From Anthoceros angustus (taxonomy: Eukaryota > Plantae > Anthocerotophyta), in assembly GCA_010909165.1 (NCBI GenBank), contig MU008169.1, positions 1,550,001 through 1,614,000 on the forward strand: a DNA stretch of 64,000 nt. The letters run 5' to 3'. Shown in pieces: positions 1-12,499 of this stretch. The notes under the pieces are model-generated. The model did no database searches. It was not told where the DNA came from and saw only the letters and a list, made by a program, of their open reading frames with translations. How positions within the stretch are numbered: position 1 is the first letter of the stretch; the number at the start of each line of letters is the position of its first letter. The translations under genes were made by a program, and so were the position numbers.

Positions 1-1769
1 GAATATGTAGGCCAATAATGTGAATGTGATGACAAGCCACGATGTATGTGGATTGCAACAGACATTGAAGAACAATGTGGACAAGTGTTACATGGAAAAG
101 ATGAGCAATGTAGCCTATCAGAGGTAGAACGCAAATAAATTACGACAGCAATGCTAGAAAACTCTGTTTTCACAGAAAAGTGGAGACTAGTGTATTATGG
201 AGTTCATACGAAGTTGTCTTTTGTGGATTGGCTACAAAATGAAGTAAAGGGGGCCATTTCATCACACATTGTTTTGAATGAATATGGGCTAGATATATAT
301 GGAGTAGTGAACAACCCTATAGTTGTGACAAAATCATATTCAATGATGTGGGCATATGGGAATCACATAAGGACAAAATCTTGTGATGTGGGGACACTTA
401 TGATTAATTGCATGATACATCAAAATTTCCTTAGTGGTCAGACACGCGCAAGTACTGTCATTGATATGCCATATGTTGGAATAATGTAGAAAATATTGGT
501 TGACTTTGCGCTATCATTAACAGCTAAAGGTAGTGCAACAGCTGTTGATGATAGCGCAAAGTCAACCAATATTCAAAGGTTAAGTGGTTCAAAGCAGTTT
601 ATGAGGACGCAAAGGATCATAGCAAGGGATTTAAAAAGGACAAATCTGGAATGTACATAGTGAACCCTACATCTTTTTATCCTTCTACCAAAGTCCAAGA
701 TGATCCCTTCACCCTTGTGTCACCCAAATTAGTTCAAACTTTTCTGTAAGACAATAAAGTGGTTGTCGGGACCAGTGCATGGGAAAACGGATTGTCTTTG
801 AAGAAAATATAGATGCATAGGGAGATGACTCCACGTGGCTTCATGGATGTGTAATAGGAGGGTCATGTTACCCTTAAATTCTCCTTGAGTTTGTTATCTT
901 GTGAAAGGATCTGGAAAGTTTGTTCCCCATTGATTTGCAATGAGCTTACAATTGAAACTTTGATTAGGAAATTGATTTGCTCATCCTTGTTAGTAAGAAA
1001 ACGGGTACATTTACAATAATTGTATTTTACAATGCAAGTTACAAAGAAAAATCTGATTTATTAAGATTATACTGACCAACGAGGTAAAATGGTCATGGCC
1101 CTTTACAACAAAAACCCTTTACAACATGAGTTACAACAATATATTGAAGATGATTGTAAAAAAGACTATTTGTGTTGTAAATTTGGATTTATGTATTGTA
1201 AAATCATTCTAAAATTCAAGTCATCGTTGTAAAAGAGGCCCCGTTATATAAAGTCTATTGGTTGTTGTAACAATACTGTTGTAAAACACCCGCCATTATT
1301 GTAAAACACCCGCCATTGTTGTAAAAAACACATTGTTGTAAATAGCGTATTCCATGTTGTAAAAGTCATGTTGTTAAACACATCCTAATGTTATAGAACG
1401 ATACAATATTGTAAATAGAGTAGACGGCAGTGTAAACCCTGTGTTATAAAATACTGGCCATCGTTGTAAACCAACACCATGTTGTAATTATAAGAGATGC
1501 TGTTCTAAAAAACCAATGTCCAGAACTAAAGTTTGTTGTAATCTTTTAAACCCATATTGTTAAAGGCCCTAAAGAGTGCCACATCCACAAAATGCATCAT
1601 ACAAAAATACCCCTCGTTGTAAAAAATCAAACCCATGTTGTAAAGTGTTAAGTTCGATCCGAAAGTCATACATAGCCTGAGAACCCCCATTGTAAAAGGA
1701 ACGGACAGCCTAAAATCCCCTCTCTCTAGTTTTAAAGGGAGAGCAAAAGTGATGGTTTTCATAGTAGTG
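1..1769 (+). mobile_element. Right end of a degenerate CACTA (En/Spm) DNA transposon; left end outside the window
   Basis: Ends in TTTTCATAGTAGTG (1756-1769), the reverse complement of CACTACTATGAAAA, a typical CACTA TIR. A dense subterminal motif array precedes it. Positions 151-760 give broken, Tnp2/DUF4216-like peptides (VYYG..., DDPFTL...). Confidence 0.7.
1010..1700. repeat. Subterminal array of (G/A)TTGTAAA motifs in both orientations
   Basis: TTTACAA copies at 1010-1140 switch to many TTGTAAA copies at 1150-1700, as expected for CACTA transposase-binding repeats. Confidence 0.75.
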
Positions 1770-2242
1770 CAAGCGTGACTCACTTCATCGATCTTATGTG
1801 GCATATGTAGATTGCTTGGCTGATCTCCTTACTTACCGGGTGCATCGAACTTGCAATTTCTTGATCAAGGTATGGTGATACGATTCTGGTGGTATGAATT
1901 TAGGTGCTATTGTTCGCGGGTAAAACAAAGGCTTGGAGCCTACTGCCATGTTGAACAATGCACTCACCGGCTTCAAGTTGTTGCGTCTGTGTCGGGATTT
2001 ATTGCATGGATTTTAGTTTTGAAGGAAAACGTGTATGTAGGAGAAGTCTTCCCTGCAGGAAGATGTACTATGTTGAGGTTCAAGAAGTACTAGAATGTCT
2101 CCAACTTCCAAGTAAGCTTATTGGAAAGGGGATGAAGAAGGGATTTATTAGCTTGACGGGGGCTCCCGTGTCTAATGAGTGAGCTCCTTGTCTTGATTAG
2201 GGGACCTACGGGCCCAGGGCGCATGGCTTGGGGTGTGCCAGC

Positions 2243-2979
2243 GGTGAGGCAAGGGCGGAGGGAAACCGCAGATATAACTCTGTCGACCTACGAGGTAGGG
2301 AAACCGTAGATATACCTCCGTCGAAGGAGCAGGTGGCCAACCATCTTTATCTCTCTCCTCCCGAAACAGCAAGTGCCTCTCAGCAAACGAGACAATTTGG
2401 GAAGATAGGATTTGTGTGGAGGGATCAGCCCAATGATCCAAGCAAGCATGATTCCTTCTGCCCAAGCTATGACTTAAAGCCAAGAGTTGCATATGTTTGC
2501 TCAAGCGGAGGGTATCAACCAGCTCTTCGTCCTCACCGTGGTGTGAGTGGAAGTTGTCCTACCATCTAATTGTGGATGCTCCTCGCCACATCCTAGCAGC
2601 GTGTGTAGTTGTCTCACCCCATTGCCTCCTATCCTCCTGCCCATGAGCTCGTTGGAATGAGTGCTTGGTTGAATAGTGGTTTTGTCAGATAAGTACATGT
2701 GTGGGCTAAATTTAGTCGCAGGTTGGGTAGCCGCATTCTCATGCACCCCTTCCTCCTTGTGCTCCATGAGGGTGGAGAACTAGAACGAGGAGCTCTCGTT
2801 AGCAGCCCATCTATATCATCACTAGGGATTACAAGCTTATGTATTACAAGTGTGTTTTGCAAAGTGATGAAAGGGTCTGGAGGAAGCTCGGCCAGTGTTG
2901 TCACGTTGTGTTATATTTCAGTGATGTATGAGTGAAGGGATGTCTGTGCTTTGCCGTTAAGTGAAAACGACATCTCACA
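2243..2979 (-). mobile_element. LTR (probable 3' LTR of a minus-strand retroelement); same family as 13293-13934
   Basis: Aligns by eye over ~640 bp with 13293-13934. On the minus strand a polypurine tract AAAAGGGGA (2980-2988) directly precedes TGTGAGATG at 2979. Confidence 0.6.
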
Positions 2980-4265
2980 TCCCCTTTTATTGCAAGGAGA
3001 GCTTGATGAGGATAGTGTGCCATATTATTGGTTTGTATTGCGACGCTTTTGGTAGAGGTAATCGGGGAAACAACATCGTGCCAGGCATAGATGGCCAAAA
3101 CCTAGGAGGCCTCGTCTTTGTTGTAAGAGGGGAGCAATCACCCCTTTTGCTTTCACTGGTATTTGGGCAGCCAACGTTGGGTCGCGTTTCCACGCTCGCT
3201 CCAGAGTCCCTATTCCTACGCTCTCCACCAATTTGGGCTTTCGGCTCTCCGGTGCCCAGAACTGCAGGTGGAGCCTGCCTGTCGCTGCGACCTGGTCTGG
3301 AGTGTTTGATTGCAAGGAAGATGAGCTTGAATCTCTGCGGTTTCCCTGCGTCTACTCTCCGATTCTCAAAGCTGTCAGTGCTATTTGTGTGCTGCAGGCT
3401 ACTTGTAAAGTAACAAGCATCAATGCCAACCGGCCCACACATGTCATCCTCCAGAAGCGTAGACACCAACTGCGGCGGACTCGGTCGTACATCAGTTCCC
3501 GTTTCACACGCAGGGGGGGTGCACGAAGAGATATCATATCCTATCAATAAAATATCACCGGTCTAGCATAAGATATATCCTCACCAAGATGCCCCCACAT
3601 GCTTCCCTAGAGCATCACATCTAACAGAATTTGACTGGGGGAGGAGACAGGATGGCGAGAACCCATCAAGCGAGCACTGAGGGAGGAGAGAGGATGGAAG
3701 AGAGAAGCATCATCTCACCATCCATCCATCCAGCAGAGGACTTCACGGGGAGAGCCATCTGACATGTGACATGGAACATGACATGCAACACGGCATACGA
3801 TCAAGTTCACGGCGTCATGCCATGGAGGTGATAGGACAAGCTTGACACATGACGCCAGCGAGGAGCATCTCGAAGGAAGGGTCATCCTTGGAGCGACATG
3901 GAATGTCTCGGGTACGGTAATAATACGGCATACGGTGGGTCCGAACTTCCAGCAGGCGGGGCGTCAAGGCGGGGACAACTTGCACAACTGACTGCCTCAG
4001 CATGCTATTTCTGTGGTCAACCCAGCAAATGCGACTGAGCGAGAGCGAGGCGCATCGGTGGCCGGATGAAATCGCTGGAGCTCGGGGAGAGGGACGAGAC
4101 GCGGTGCACACTTCCCCGCATCGCGCTCGGCGCGCCGTGGATCGCTGTTGCGAGAGGGCGCGGATCGCTCCAATCGAGCTCCGGGGCCGAGGCTGGCTCT
4201 GAGGCTGCAGGAGTAGGCTCCGGGCTGCGGGATCCGGGCGATCCAGGTCCCTCCGCCTCGCTGTG

Positions 4266-6259
4266 ATGGCGGTGGAGAAGACTCCGCTCTGGAAGGTGCA
4301 TGTGGCGCAGATCATCATCCAGCTCTGCGGCGCCGGCTACTTCGTGCTCGCCAAGGGCACGCTGAGCAATGGGGTGAACAGCATGGTGTTCCCCGTCTAC
4401 CAGAAGTTCATCTCCACCTGCGTGCTCGCCTTCTTCTCCCTCTTCATCAGGAAGTGAGTGGAACTTGGTTCGGGATGCTTGCGGCGAGTCCGCGGGTGTT
4501 TGTTGGGCGGTAGAACTTGTTGGGCGGTTGGAAGCAGCGATGTTGGGCGCTTCATGTTGGGTCGTGGGGTGTTCTGATTCCGCGATTTCGATCTGTGTGA
4601 TGGGTTTTGCAGACCGGAGGCCGGGGCTCTGACTCCCACCGTTCTGATCTTGATTCTGTGTGCCGCTTTCACTGGGTAAGTTGTGTTGGGTAGGCGGTGA
4701 GGGGAATTTCGGCTTATCAGGGCTTGGGATGCGGCGGAATCCGGTCCTTCTGTGGCTATTGAACGAAAGTGTGGTGGATCGTGTGTTTGCGGTTTTGCAG
4801 CGTCTACATCGTGCAAATCTTGTTTCTGGCCGGGTTGGCGCTCACCTCGGGCGCGTTTGCTGCGGCTTTGCAGAACTGCGTCCCTTGTCTAGCCTTTTTT
4901 ATCGCGGTCATTTGCGGGTTGGTTGCCTTTTTCCAGTGGTTGCAATCATGTTGTTCACGTTCCCGTGTCGTGGCTGTGCCAAGGAGTTTCATGGGTTTGT
5001 GAGTGATGTGCCATGGAAGCTTGTGACCGTCGGTGGCATGCTCTGTCACCGGCAGGTTCGAGAGAATATACTGGAAGAGGAGAGATGGGCAGTTGAAGTT
5101 GGTGGGTGTTATTGTTTGCATTATCGGGAGTATTACTATGGCTTTGTACCAAGGACCCGTGGTTCTAGGGACTCCTCCAGGGCAACATGATCATGAGGAG
5201 GTGGACCCGACCAATGGGATTATACAAATGTTTACCAACCATGTGGCTGAGCTTGGACGTCGGCATTTCGGGCTGACGTCCTACCAGATTGGTTCACTTC
5301 TCTTGTTCTCCTGTACCATCTCTTCAGGTGTTTTCATCAACTTGCAGGTACAGTACTACGGAAAACATGGCATTGGATGCCTCGTTGATTGTTTCCCGTG
5401 TGCACGTCCGGATGCAATTTTGTGCTAATTCAGACATTGAATTGTAGGCTGCCATCTTGGCAAGGTACCCGTCCCCTGTCACCGCGATCTGTATGGTGAC
5501 TGCATGCGGAGATGTGATGCTTGCTGTCTCCGGATTCTTCCTTGTGAAAGACAGGTCTGATTGGGTGCTTACCGAACCAGGGGATCTAATTTCTCTCTTC
5601 TACTGTGTAAGTCCGGATCTCCTAACCTTGCCGCCAAAAGCATGTAAACCCCGGGGGCGAGAAGACACTGAGAGCCGTGACCTCCTTGATGCAGGGTACG
5701 ATAACTTCAGCTCTGGGCTTTGCCTTGTCAACCTGGTGTGTTCAGCGAGGAGGACCCTTCTTGGCAACTGCATACATTCCCTTGCAGGCCTTGTTCTCCG
5801 CAGTGCTTGGTCTGTGTTTCCAAGGAGACGTCATCTACTTGGGCAGGTTCGTTGCATCTCCCCGCTTTGTGCCTTAATGTCATGGGAGTGCTAACTTGTC
5901 GATCACCATCTCTGAAAGCATGCATCCTTGTGATTTGCAGCATATTGGGTGCCGTGGCCGTCTTGATTGGCCTGTTCGCTGTCACAGTCGGGCAACAACG
6001 CCAACGATTAGTGCAGTCGTTAAGTGTGAAGCTCGGGAACATTGACATTCCCATCACTCGCCGACTTCTTATGGAGGTTGATGAGGAAGAAAGGGAAGAA
6101 GAACGGGCAAGGCATGTGCAGGAGCCTCTCCTAAGAAGGCTTCTATCAACCACCGAAGAGAATCTCAAAAAAAATCCGCTCACCAGGTACTTCACAAACA
6201 CCTTGCTGCGATGCCATGTCTCAACTTCCGCTCTGTTCTTGTTCCGGCCGAATGCTTAA
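4266..6259 (+). CDS. WAT1-related / UMAMIT (EamA, nodulin MtN21) membrane transporter, multi-exon
   Basis: Exons splice at GT-AG (e.g. 4266-4453, 4613-4675, 4801-4917) to give MAVEKTPLWKVHVAQIIIQLCGAGYFVLAK...VFPVYQ..., GQLKLVG...GSITMALYQGP, WCVQRGGPFLATAYIPLQ, ILGAVAVLIGLFAV. The 3' end is less certain. Confidence 0.9.
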
Positions 6260-6890
6260 CCCATGCCGCCATTTGGCTGTCCACAGATTCTCCAGTTTCC
6301 AATATCACTAGGAAGGAAGAACATCGTACACGTTGTTCTGAGGTCTGTAGTCTCCGCACCATTTGCAAATTTGAAGCTCGCCCTGCGTTCAAATGCTGGG
6401 AGCTACATGCTGTAGCTAGCATTCTCGAGTCATCGGGGTTACTGTTGAGTTGGTATTTTCCGGTTTCACAGGCAGCGGGGTCTTTATTATCCACTTTGTA
6501 GATGATGCCACAGTGAGTGCTTGCATCTCGGCCTTCAGCCCTTGAGGAACGTCTTGTGAATTTATTTCCTAAATAATGGTATGAAAGAGCTACCGACCTA
6601 AGATTATACCTTTCAGTAACTCTGATCTTCACACGTTTAACATTATGCTTTTCACTTTCCACGTTTGTAGGATTACGTCTGTAAGAACTGTGGGCTCCTA
6701 AATGTTGGGGCACAAGAACACGCACAACACACATACACCAATTTTCTGCACAAAAAATAAAATAAAATATATATTTATTATTATGTATTTTATTATTCTT
6801 TGAGAGAGTATAAAATACATAGGATATCGAATATTATAAATTATAGAGTACCTTACAGTATAAAAAGATGATGAAGCCCTCACCTGGATG

Positions 6891-6939
6891 GAGCCAATGT
6901 ACCTTGATAGAGCCAATGTACCTTGATAGAGCCAATGTA
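6891..6939. repeat. 19-bp tandem repeat (GAGCCAATGTACCTTGATA x2.6)
   Basis: Units start at 6891, 6910 and 6929. Confidence 0.9.
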
Positions 6940-7215
6940 TGAGTTCATACCACCTCTACAAGAAGAAAGTACTTTCACTAACCTGAAGTTTGCAAAACTC
7001 TAACTTATAGGTGGAATCAAAGTTTACAACTGGGTTTCCATCCATCCATCCATTATCATGCACTCTTGCATCGTAGAACTCAGGTTATGGCTCAAGTTTG
7101 GATTTTTAAAACATGGGTATAAATTTGCAAACGGTTAAGTTTATTGGGAACCCTCATGTGGCATTTGGCATCCTTTCGTCCTTCTTTACGCGTCAGCCGG
7201 GTTAGCTCACCAAGA

Positions 7216-7341
7216 CGGTGGCTCCTTACCTAGCATTTTTATTAAGCCTGTAGAATTTTGATCTACAGATTATGCAAGCGGTGGCTCCTTACCTAGCATT
7301 TTTATTAAGCCTGTAGAATTTTGATCTACAGATTATGCAAG
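7216..7341. repeat. Perfect 63-bp tandem duplication
   Basis: Identical units start at 7216 and 7279. Confidence 0.9.
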
Positions 7342-7587
7342 CACTTGGAGACATTATTGAGCCAGGGACCTTTAGGTGTGCCGCAGGAGGCTTTGCACAG
7401 CGGCATGCGTCCCTTCTTATCGCTTTCGAGGGCACAAGTCTGCTAGGCATGGAGGCCTCAGCGCCAGCGGCCTTCCTTAGGAGCTGGGCCCTCTCTGCCC
7501 CCGTCTTCACCGCTCGTTTCTTAATCCAAAATGTTACCATCTTGGAGGCCTTCGTCTCGGGCATTGAGGAGGGGGCTTTGTGTGTCC
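7342..7587 (+). mobile_element. Degenerate non-LTR retrotransposon ORF fragment (CRE/R2-like post-RT region)
   Basis: RHASLLIAFEGTSLLGMEASAPAAFLRSWAL resembles the QASLP..GGLGL...APAAFLGSW motif of RLE-type LINEs. Confidence 0.5.
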
Positions 7588-7802
7588 AAATGGCTTAGGC
7601 CAAATGGACACACATTTATAAGAACGTGATTATTAAGCATCCTGCGCTTGGATCGGTACTTAGATGGGGTGCCTAAAGGGAATGGATGCCCTTGGTGCAA
7701 GTAGCTTAGGCATACCATGGTACAAGTTGTTAAGTACCAAGTCCCATGACGGAAATCCGTCCTTAGTGGACTTAAATAAAATTCTTCTTCTTCTTCTTCT
7801 TT
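7588..7802 (+). mobile_element. Short retroposon (SINE-like or LINE 3' end), copy A, with AATAAA and (TTC)n tail
   Basis: Homologous to 10582-10792 and 12500-12656. Ends AGTGGACTTAAATAAAATTC(TTC)n. Confidence 0.7.
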
Positions 7803-8679
7803 GAAGACTTCCTTAAGTTGGTCAGGGACTCCGTTTCCTTCGCGGCTAGGGCGGTCATGCCTCCCTTTTTCTTGTTTTCCATTGGAGGGCTACGTGGTCT
7901 TCATGCCTCTCTCCAGGAGAAGTAGTACAGGTAGGCACGGTGGGCAATCTTTCTTTCTGGAATGAAAGTGCCGAGCTTTGTGGTTTTGAGACGGTGTTGG
8001 CTAATGAATCAACTGTTGACATGGATGCTATGGGCAAGGCACACTGGATCTCTCAAGTGCGAACTATGTGAAGATACATGGTTAGCTGCGAACATGAACG
8101 TACCTTTTTCTAGGAATGTGCATAATTTATTCGAAAAGAAGCATGACTTGAAACACCTTGGGATTGTCCTGGCTACTTGTAGTGTACAGCAATGTAGTCT
8201 AGCATATCTATCTATCTAGGCCTTCATTGGCAAATTCTGTTTGGAGACCAACGTATTGGTCTCTATGCAATCATGTAAACATGTATGATAAGCTTTCTTA
8301 TTTGCTCTGGCTTTACAATAGCACGACCATGTTGTAAATTCTGCACTTGACAGGTGCCAATCGCTAGCTTTGGCCATGCTTGGCAGCTAATGAATGTTCC
8401 CGGTATAGGAGGTGCAAGTGAAGCACCGTATTGTTGGTTGGAGATGATTCCACTTTGCAACTGTAATAACAGATTGGACAAGTTGAACATGCTTTCCCTG
8501 TCCTTATGTTTGTTAGTTTGTGCTGCCTTTTGAGGTACTCTTCCAGATGACTTCATTTTTCTCTTGTGTTTCTTTTCATTTGAATCATAGTAAGGCCGGG
8601 AGCTTGCCACCTGTATCTCAACTTGCTTAGAACCCATAATGGTGATCAGTTGCAGCGAATGGTATAGAAGCATGGCATG

Positions 8680-8815
8680 ATGGTTTTTATCATACTGTCA
8701 TATTTTTTTAATTTCTACTATATTGTTCTGATTTCTATCATACTGTTCTAAATTCTATCGTATTGTGTTGATTTCACTATGTTGTTATGATTTATATCAT
8801 ACTGTTCTGGTTCTC
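8680..8815. repeat. Degenerate AT-rich minisatellite (~20-bp unit ATTTCTATCATACTGTTCTG)
   Basis: About five diverged copies are visible. Confidence 0.6.
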
Positions 8816-8997
8816 AGTATGAATGTTCATGCGGATGTTTTATATAATATATTAATGATATAAAAATTAAAATTATTCCAGCAGAGTAATATTAGGGTTT
8901 TACCCTCCGTGTTCCGTTACAAACTACAAAAGACGTCGGGCGCGCGTCCGTCGCTTGACGAGGCGGCATTGTCACGAAATGTGAAATGAAGGTAGAG

Positions 8998-10459
8998 TTA
9001 GGGCACCGATTTGTTATGCTTCCCTTCAGGGATGGAGTAGACTACAATTCGAGGAAGCAGCACCGACCCGATCCACAGCTTGCCGTCCTTCTCCTCTACC
9101 TCGCTCACCAGCATTGTGGTGGTGCCTTTACTGTCCTCCAGCACCTCCAGCAGGTTCCCGCCCTCGTCGTACTTCATGATCAGGGCGTGTGGCCTTCCCA
9201 CTAGCAGCATGTAGATGTACTTGATGGGGATGGGGAGCTTCAGGATGGAGGCCCGCAGTTGCGGGTAGGCGGCCAAGAAGCGCATATGTTTACTCAGCCT
9301 GGCGTGGATTGCCACCCAGAAATGCCCCTCCTTGTTCCGGCGGACGTTGTCAGGGAAGCCGGGCAGGTCGGCGAAGACCTCGGCTGTCGCTGCTTTGGGA
9401 CCCTTCAGCCAGTACTTCCATAACCTGCCCACATTCGGCTCTCAGCAGGGGAAGAGCCAGGATTGGAGTGTTGCAGATCAGCAGCAGAGATGGGTTTACC
9501 TCGTGGTTGAGGATTCAGCCATGATGAGGAAAGAAGCATCCCTGCTGACAGCAAGTCCGTTGGCAAAATGGAGGCCCCGGAGCAGAACCTTGGTCTCTTG
9601 TGTGGCGGGATCGTAAGACAGCAGGCGCCCGCTGTCGTCCCCGGAGGCGATGGACACGAAGAACTGCCTGCAACGCGAAGGAGCGGAGCTGAGGTCTTGC
9701 TGGAGAAGAAGCTTGCGGGATGGAGGATTGCCTCATGGGCTCACCTTCTCTCGAACTTGGAGCTGCTGACTGTGAAGTAGAGCTTTCCATCGTCCCCGAA
9801 ATCCACATCGTTGGTGAGCTTGAAAGGCTCACCCTCAGCCTCCGTGACCAGAGGCCTCGCCAAGCCACCCTCAGGGCCAACGGAGAGCAGGCCGAAGTAA
9901 GCATCTGCGATGAAGAGCTCTCCAGTTTCAGGATGGAACCTCAGGCCCAGAGGCCGGCCACAGATGTGCTCCGCCGCCAAGTTGAGAGCTGGCGGCTGCC
10001 TGGGTGCACATTCGCTGGTCCTGAACTCGGGCGATTAACAAACAAGCAACAGGAAATCAGCTCAGCACAACCCTTGCTCTCAGGGTGCAGCACAGCACAA
10101 CCCACGCACCGATTCGGAGATGTGAGAGCGAATTCCGTCCACCCAATCTCCGGGCCATCCCACCTCACCACCCGGCCATCAGCGAGCCCAGTGTAGGGCC
10201 CCCTCCCGGCGGAATCGAACGCCAGGCTCTCAGGCCCGATGATTTCGTTCTGGGACCAGATTTCCGCATCCCTCAACTGCTGGTTCTCGTCTCGGATGGC
10301 TTTGATGCTGTCCCCCTCGGGCGGGATTTCCAGAGGCAGGGCCTTGAAATCTGGGACTCCAGCAATGGGACTGAGCTGGAGAGGGTCCAGTCCTACAAAC
10401 ACCGCAACAACAGCTGCGATGAACACTCCGGATACCCTCACCCATCTCCCTGCCCCCAT
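8998..10459 (-). CDS. Strictosidine synthase-like (SSL) beta-propeller protein, multi-exon
   Basis: N-terminal signal anchor, then GPESLAFD..GRGPYTGLADGR, CGRPLGLRF, TNDVD, GLHFANG, DLPGFPDNVR and SEVEEKDGKLWIGSV. Confidence 0.95.
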
Positions 10460-10581
10460 CTCCAGGCTGGGCACTGTGACTTCACAACGGTGGTGAAGCT
10501 CCCGATGCTCCTCTTCGTGATTTTATGAGCCTCTCTGCGATTAGCTCCGTCCCAAGTACATATGTACACACCCAACCGTCT

Positions 10582-10792
10582 AAATGGCTTAGGCCAAATG
10601 AACACAAATTTATAAGAACGTCGGTATTAAGCATCCTGCGCTTAGATCGGTGCGCTTAGATCGGTACTTAGATGGGGTGCTTAAAGGAAATGGATGCCCT
10701 TGGTGCAAGTAGCTTAGGCACACCACGGTATATGGTTGTTAAGTATCAAGTGTATGACGGAAATTTGTTCTGAGTGGACTTGAATAAAATTC
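10582..10792 (+). mobile_element. Short retroposon copy B
   Basis: Aligns with copy A and carries an internal 14-bp duplication (GCGCTTAGATCGGT). Ends GAGTGGACTTGAATAAAATTC. Confidence 0.7.
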
Positions 10793-11369
10793 GCCAAATG
10801 GACACACAACGGGTCCGGGTTCCCCATGCCGATACCGTCGATGCCCTGCACCCTAGGGAGGGCGCCGACGGGGCAGGCGCATCGGATTCATCTAATTATA
10901 TATAAATTCATAAAATTATCAAAATTTTAAAATGAAAATGAAAAAGAGAAGTACTTTATGTAGCATTTGGCCTATAATAGAGGAAGAAATACCTCAAACT
11001 TTAATGGCGAGCAAACAAGCAAGGATCACTTTGATCCAAAGAACTCTAATTTGATTGTTTCATTAGGCTCATGCGAGCTAGTTTAATAATTTTGGTCACA
11101 CACTCCAAGTAGAAATTGCCTTGTATATCAAGTTTATAATTTGGAAAGGAGTGAGTTATAAGTTTTTCGCCACCATTCTAAGGTAGTCTCGCATAATCAA
11201 TTTAGAAAGCAATAAAGTTGGAAGTATTTGGCTTGACGTTTTGGAAGGGGGCTTAAATTGTTGTTGTTTAAGATGTTTCTGGCTGAAATGATCGTGACCT
11301 AGAAATCTTTAGGAATCTTGATCTTAAAATCTCATAGTCAAAGATAGCAATGTACAACAATTATGGAGG

Positions 11370-11740
11370 GCTTATTCTTGTGTGGCTTTTACCATTGGAT
11401 TTATTATAACGGAGTTCATCATCATTGTGTGGAACAACTCCTATTGGTGATGCAAAACAAGTATAAATAGAGAGCTAGTCCTTAAGTAACTTACCATAGT
11501 AGGGTAGGATGGTTTTTATGTAGCTCCCACACGGCATAAAACAAGTTTTATTGAGGGAGGAGAGATGGCATGCACAACTAGTTGGGTAGGATTGTTTTTG
11601 TGTACCTCTCACACGGCATGCACAAGGAGTATGAATAGAGAGCTTGTTCTCGGGTACCTTACCTTTGGGTGGGCTTGTTCATGTGTAGCTTTACCATTGG
11701 GGTATTTGTAAAGGAGTTCGGCATCATCATTATTTAAAGG
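11370..11740. repeat. Diverged direct repeats in an AT-rich island
   Basis: TGTGT(G/A)GCTTT(T)ACCATTGG...GGAGTTC..CATCATCATT occurs near 11381 and 11681. AGTAT(A/G)AATAGAGAGCT occurs near 11460 and 11626. Confidence 0.55.
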
Positions 11741-11960
11741 TGGTTTTGTAGGGAAGAACTCTTATGTGAGAATCGACACACCCAAGTGGCTTCTACTAAA
11801 ACCAGGTAATCAATTGAACTAGTTTTTTTACGTCATTTTCATATCATACTATTTCGTCGAGTATTCTTCATTTGATATATCTTTGTATATTTGTATAAAA
11901 ATATAGGAAGTTACATGGATTAAGGCGAAGATAGTTGCTTCTCGATCGTTTTGTAATTCT

Positions 11961-12422
11961 ATGGAGCCACCAAAAGATACACAGAATGTCAATATACCAA
12001 GCAAGAATGGATCTTCAACAAATATGGAGAATGGATATCCAACAAATATGGTGAATCTTGAATCCATTTTTGCCCTATTAGCTCGAGAATCTGAAGAGCG
12101 CGAGCGTGAAAGAAGATGGGCTCAAACAGCTGAAGATCGTGAATACGAACTTGAGTGCGAACTCCAACGCCAACATGAATGCGAACTCCGACGTGAACGC
12201 GAATTCCAACATGATCTTGAATGCGAACGTGCATTTGATCTCGAACACCAATGCGAGGTCCGATTGCAGCATGAATACGAACGCGATTGGAGGAGGAGTA
12301 TAAAGAAACTAGCGCAGGTTGTAGTTTGTTGCTGTATGTGGGTTGTACTTATTGCAGGCATCCTTGTTTGCATAATTTTGTTAATTGTCGGGCATTATAA
12401 AGGTTGGTTTTCGGAAAACTAG
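11961..12422 (+). CDS. Orphan single-exon ORF (153 aa): E/R-rich repetitive coiled-coil-like region plus C-terminal Cys-rich transmembrane helix
   Basis: ATG-initiated 153-codon ORF in AT-rich DNA. Hydrophobic stretch LAQVVVCCCMWVVLIAGILVCIILLIVG. No family recognised. Confidence 0.45.
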   Translation: MEPPKDTQNVNIPSKNGSSTNMENGYPTNMVNLESIFALLARESEERERERRWAQTAEDREYELECELQRQHECELRREREFQHDLECERAFDLEHQCEVRLQHEYERDWRRSIKKLAQVVVCCCMWVVLIAGILVCIILLIVGHYKGWFSEN

Positions 12423-12499
12423 ACAGGATTTGATAAAGCTTCCAGCTCTCGCCGCAATAACTAAATCTGTTACGCTTCTTTTGGTTATTGTTGTTAAGT

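Noticed and set aside
1851-2182. Possible kelch-like fragment (TKAWSLLP)
   Set aside because: Too short and stop-ridden to support.
2987-3547. 186-aa ORF next to the LTR as an env or antisense gene
   Set aside because: Non-ATG start, no TM segment and no recognisable motif.
8890-8905. TAGGGTTT(T)ACC at 8896 and 16309 as Mutator TIRs
   Set aside because: Both are in the same orientation with no inverted partner; they are also just telo-box-like 8-mers.
10862-10896. Helitron 3' end (GCGCC/GGCGC hairpin, then CTAA|T)
   Set aside because: The stem is only 5 bp, no matching 5' TC end can be assigned, and there are no Rep/helicase traces.
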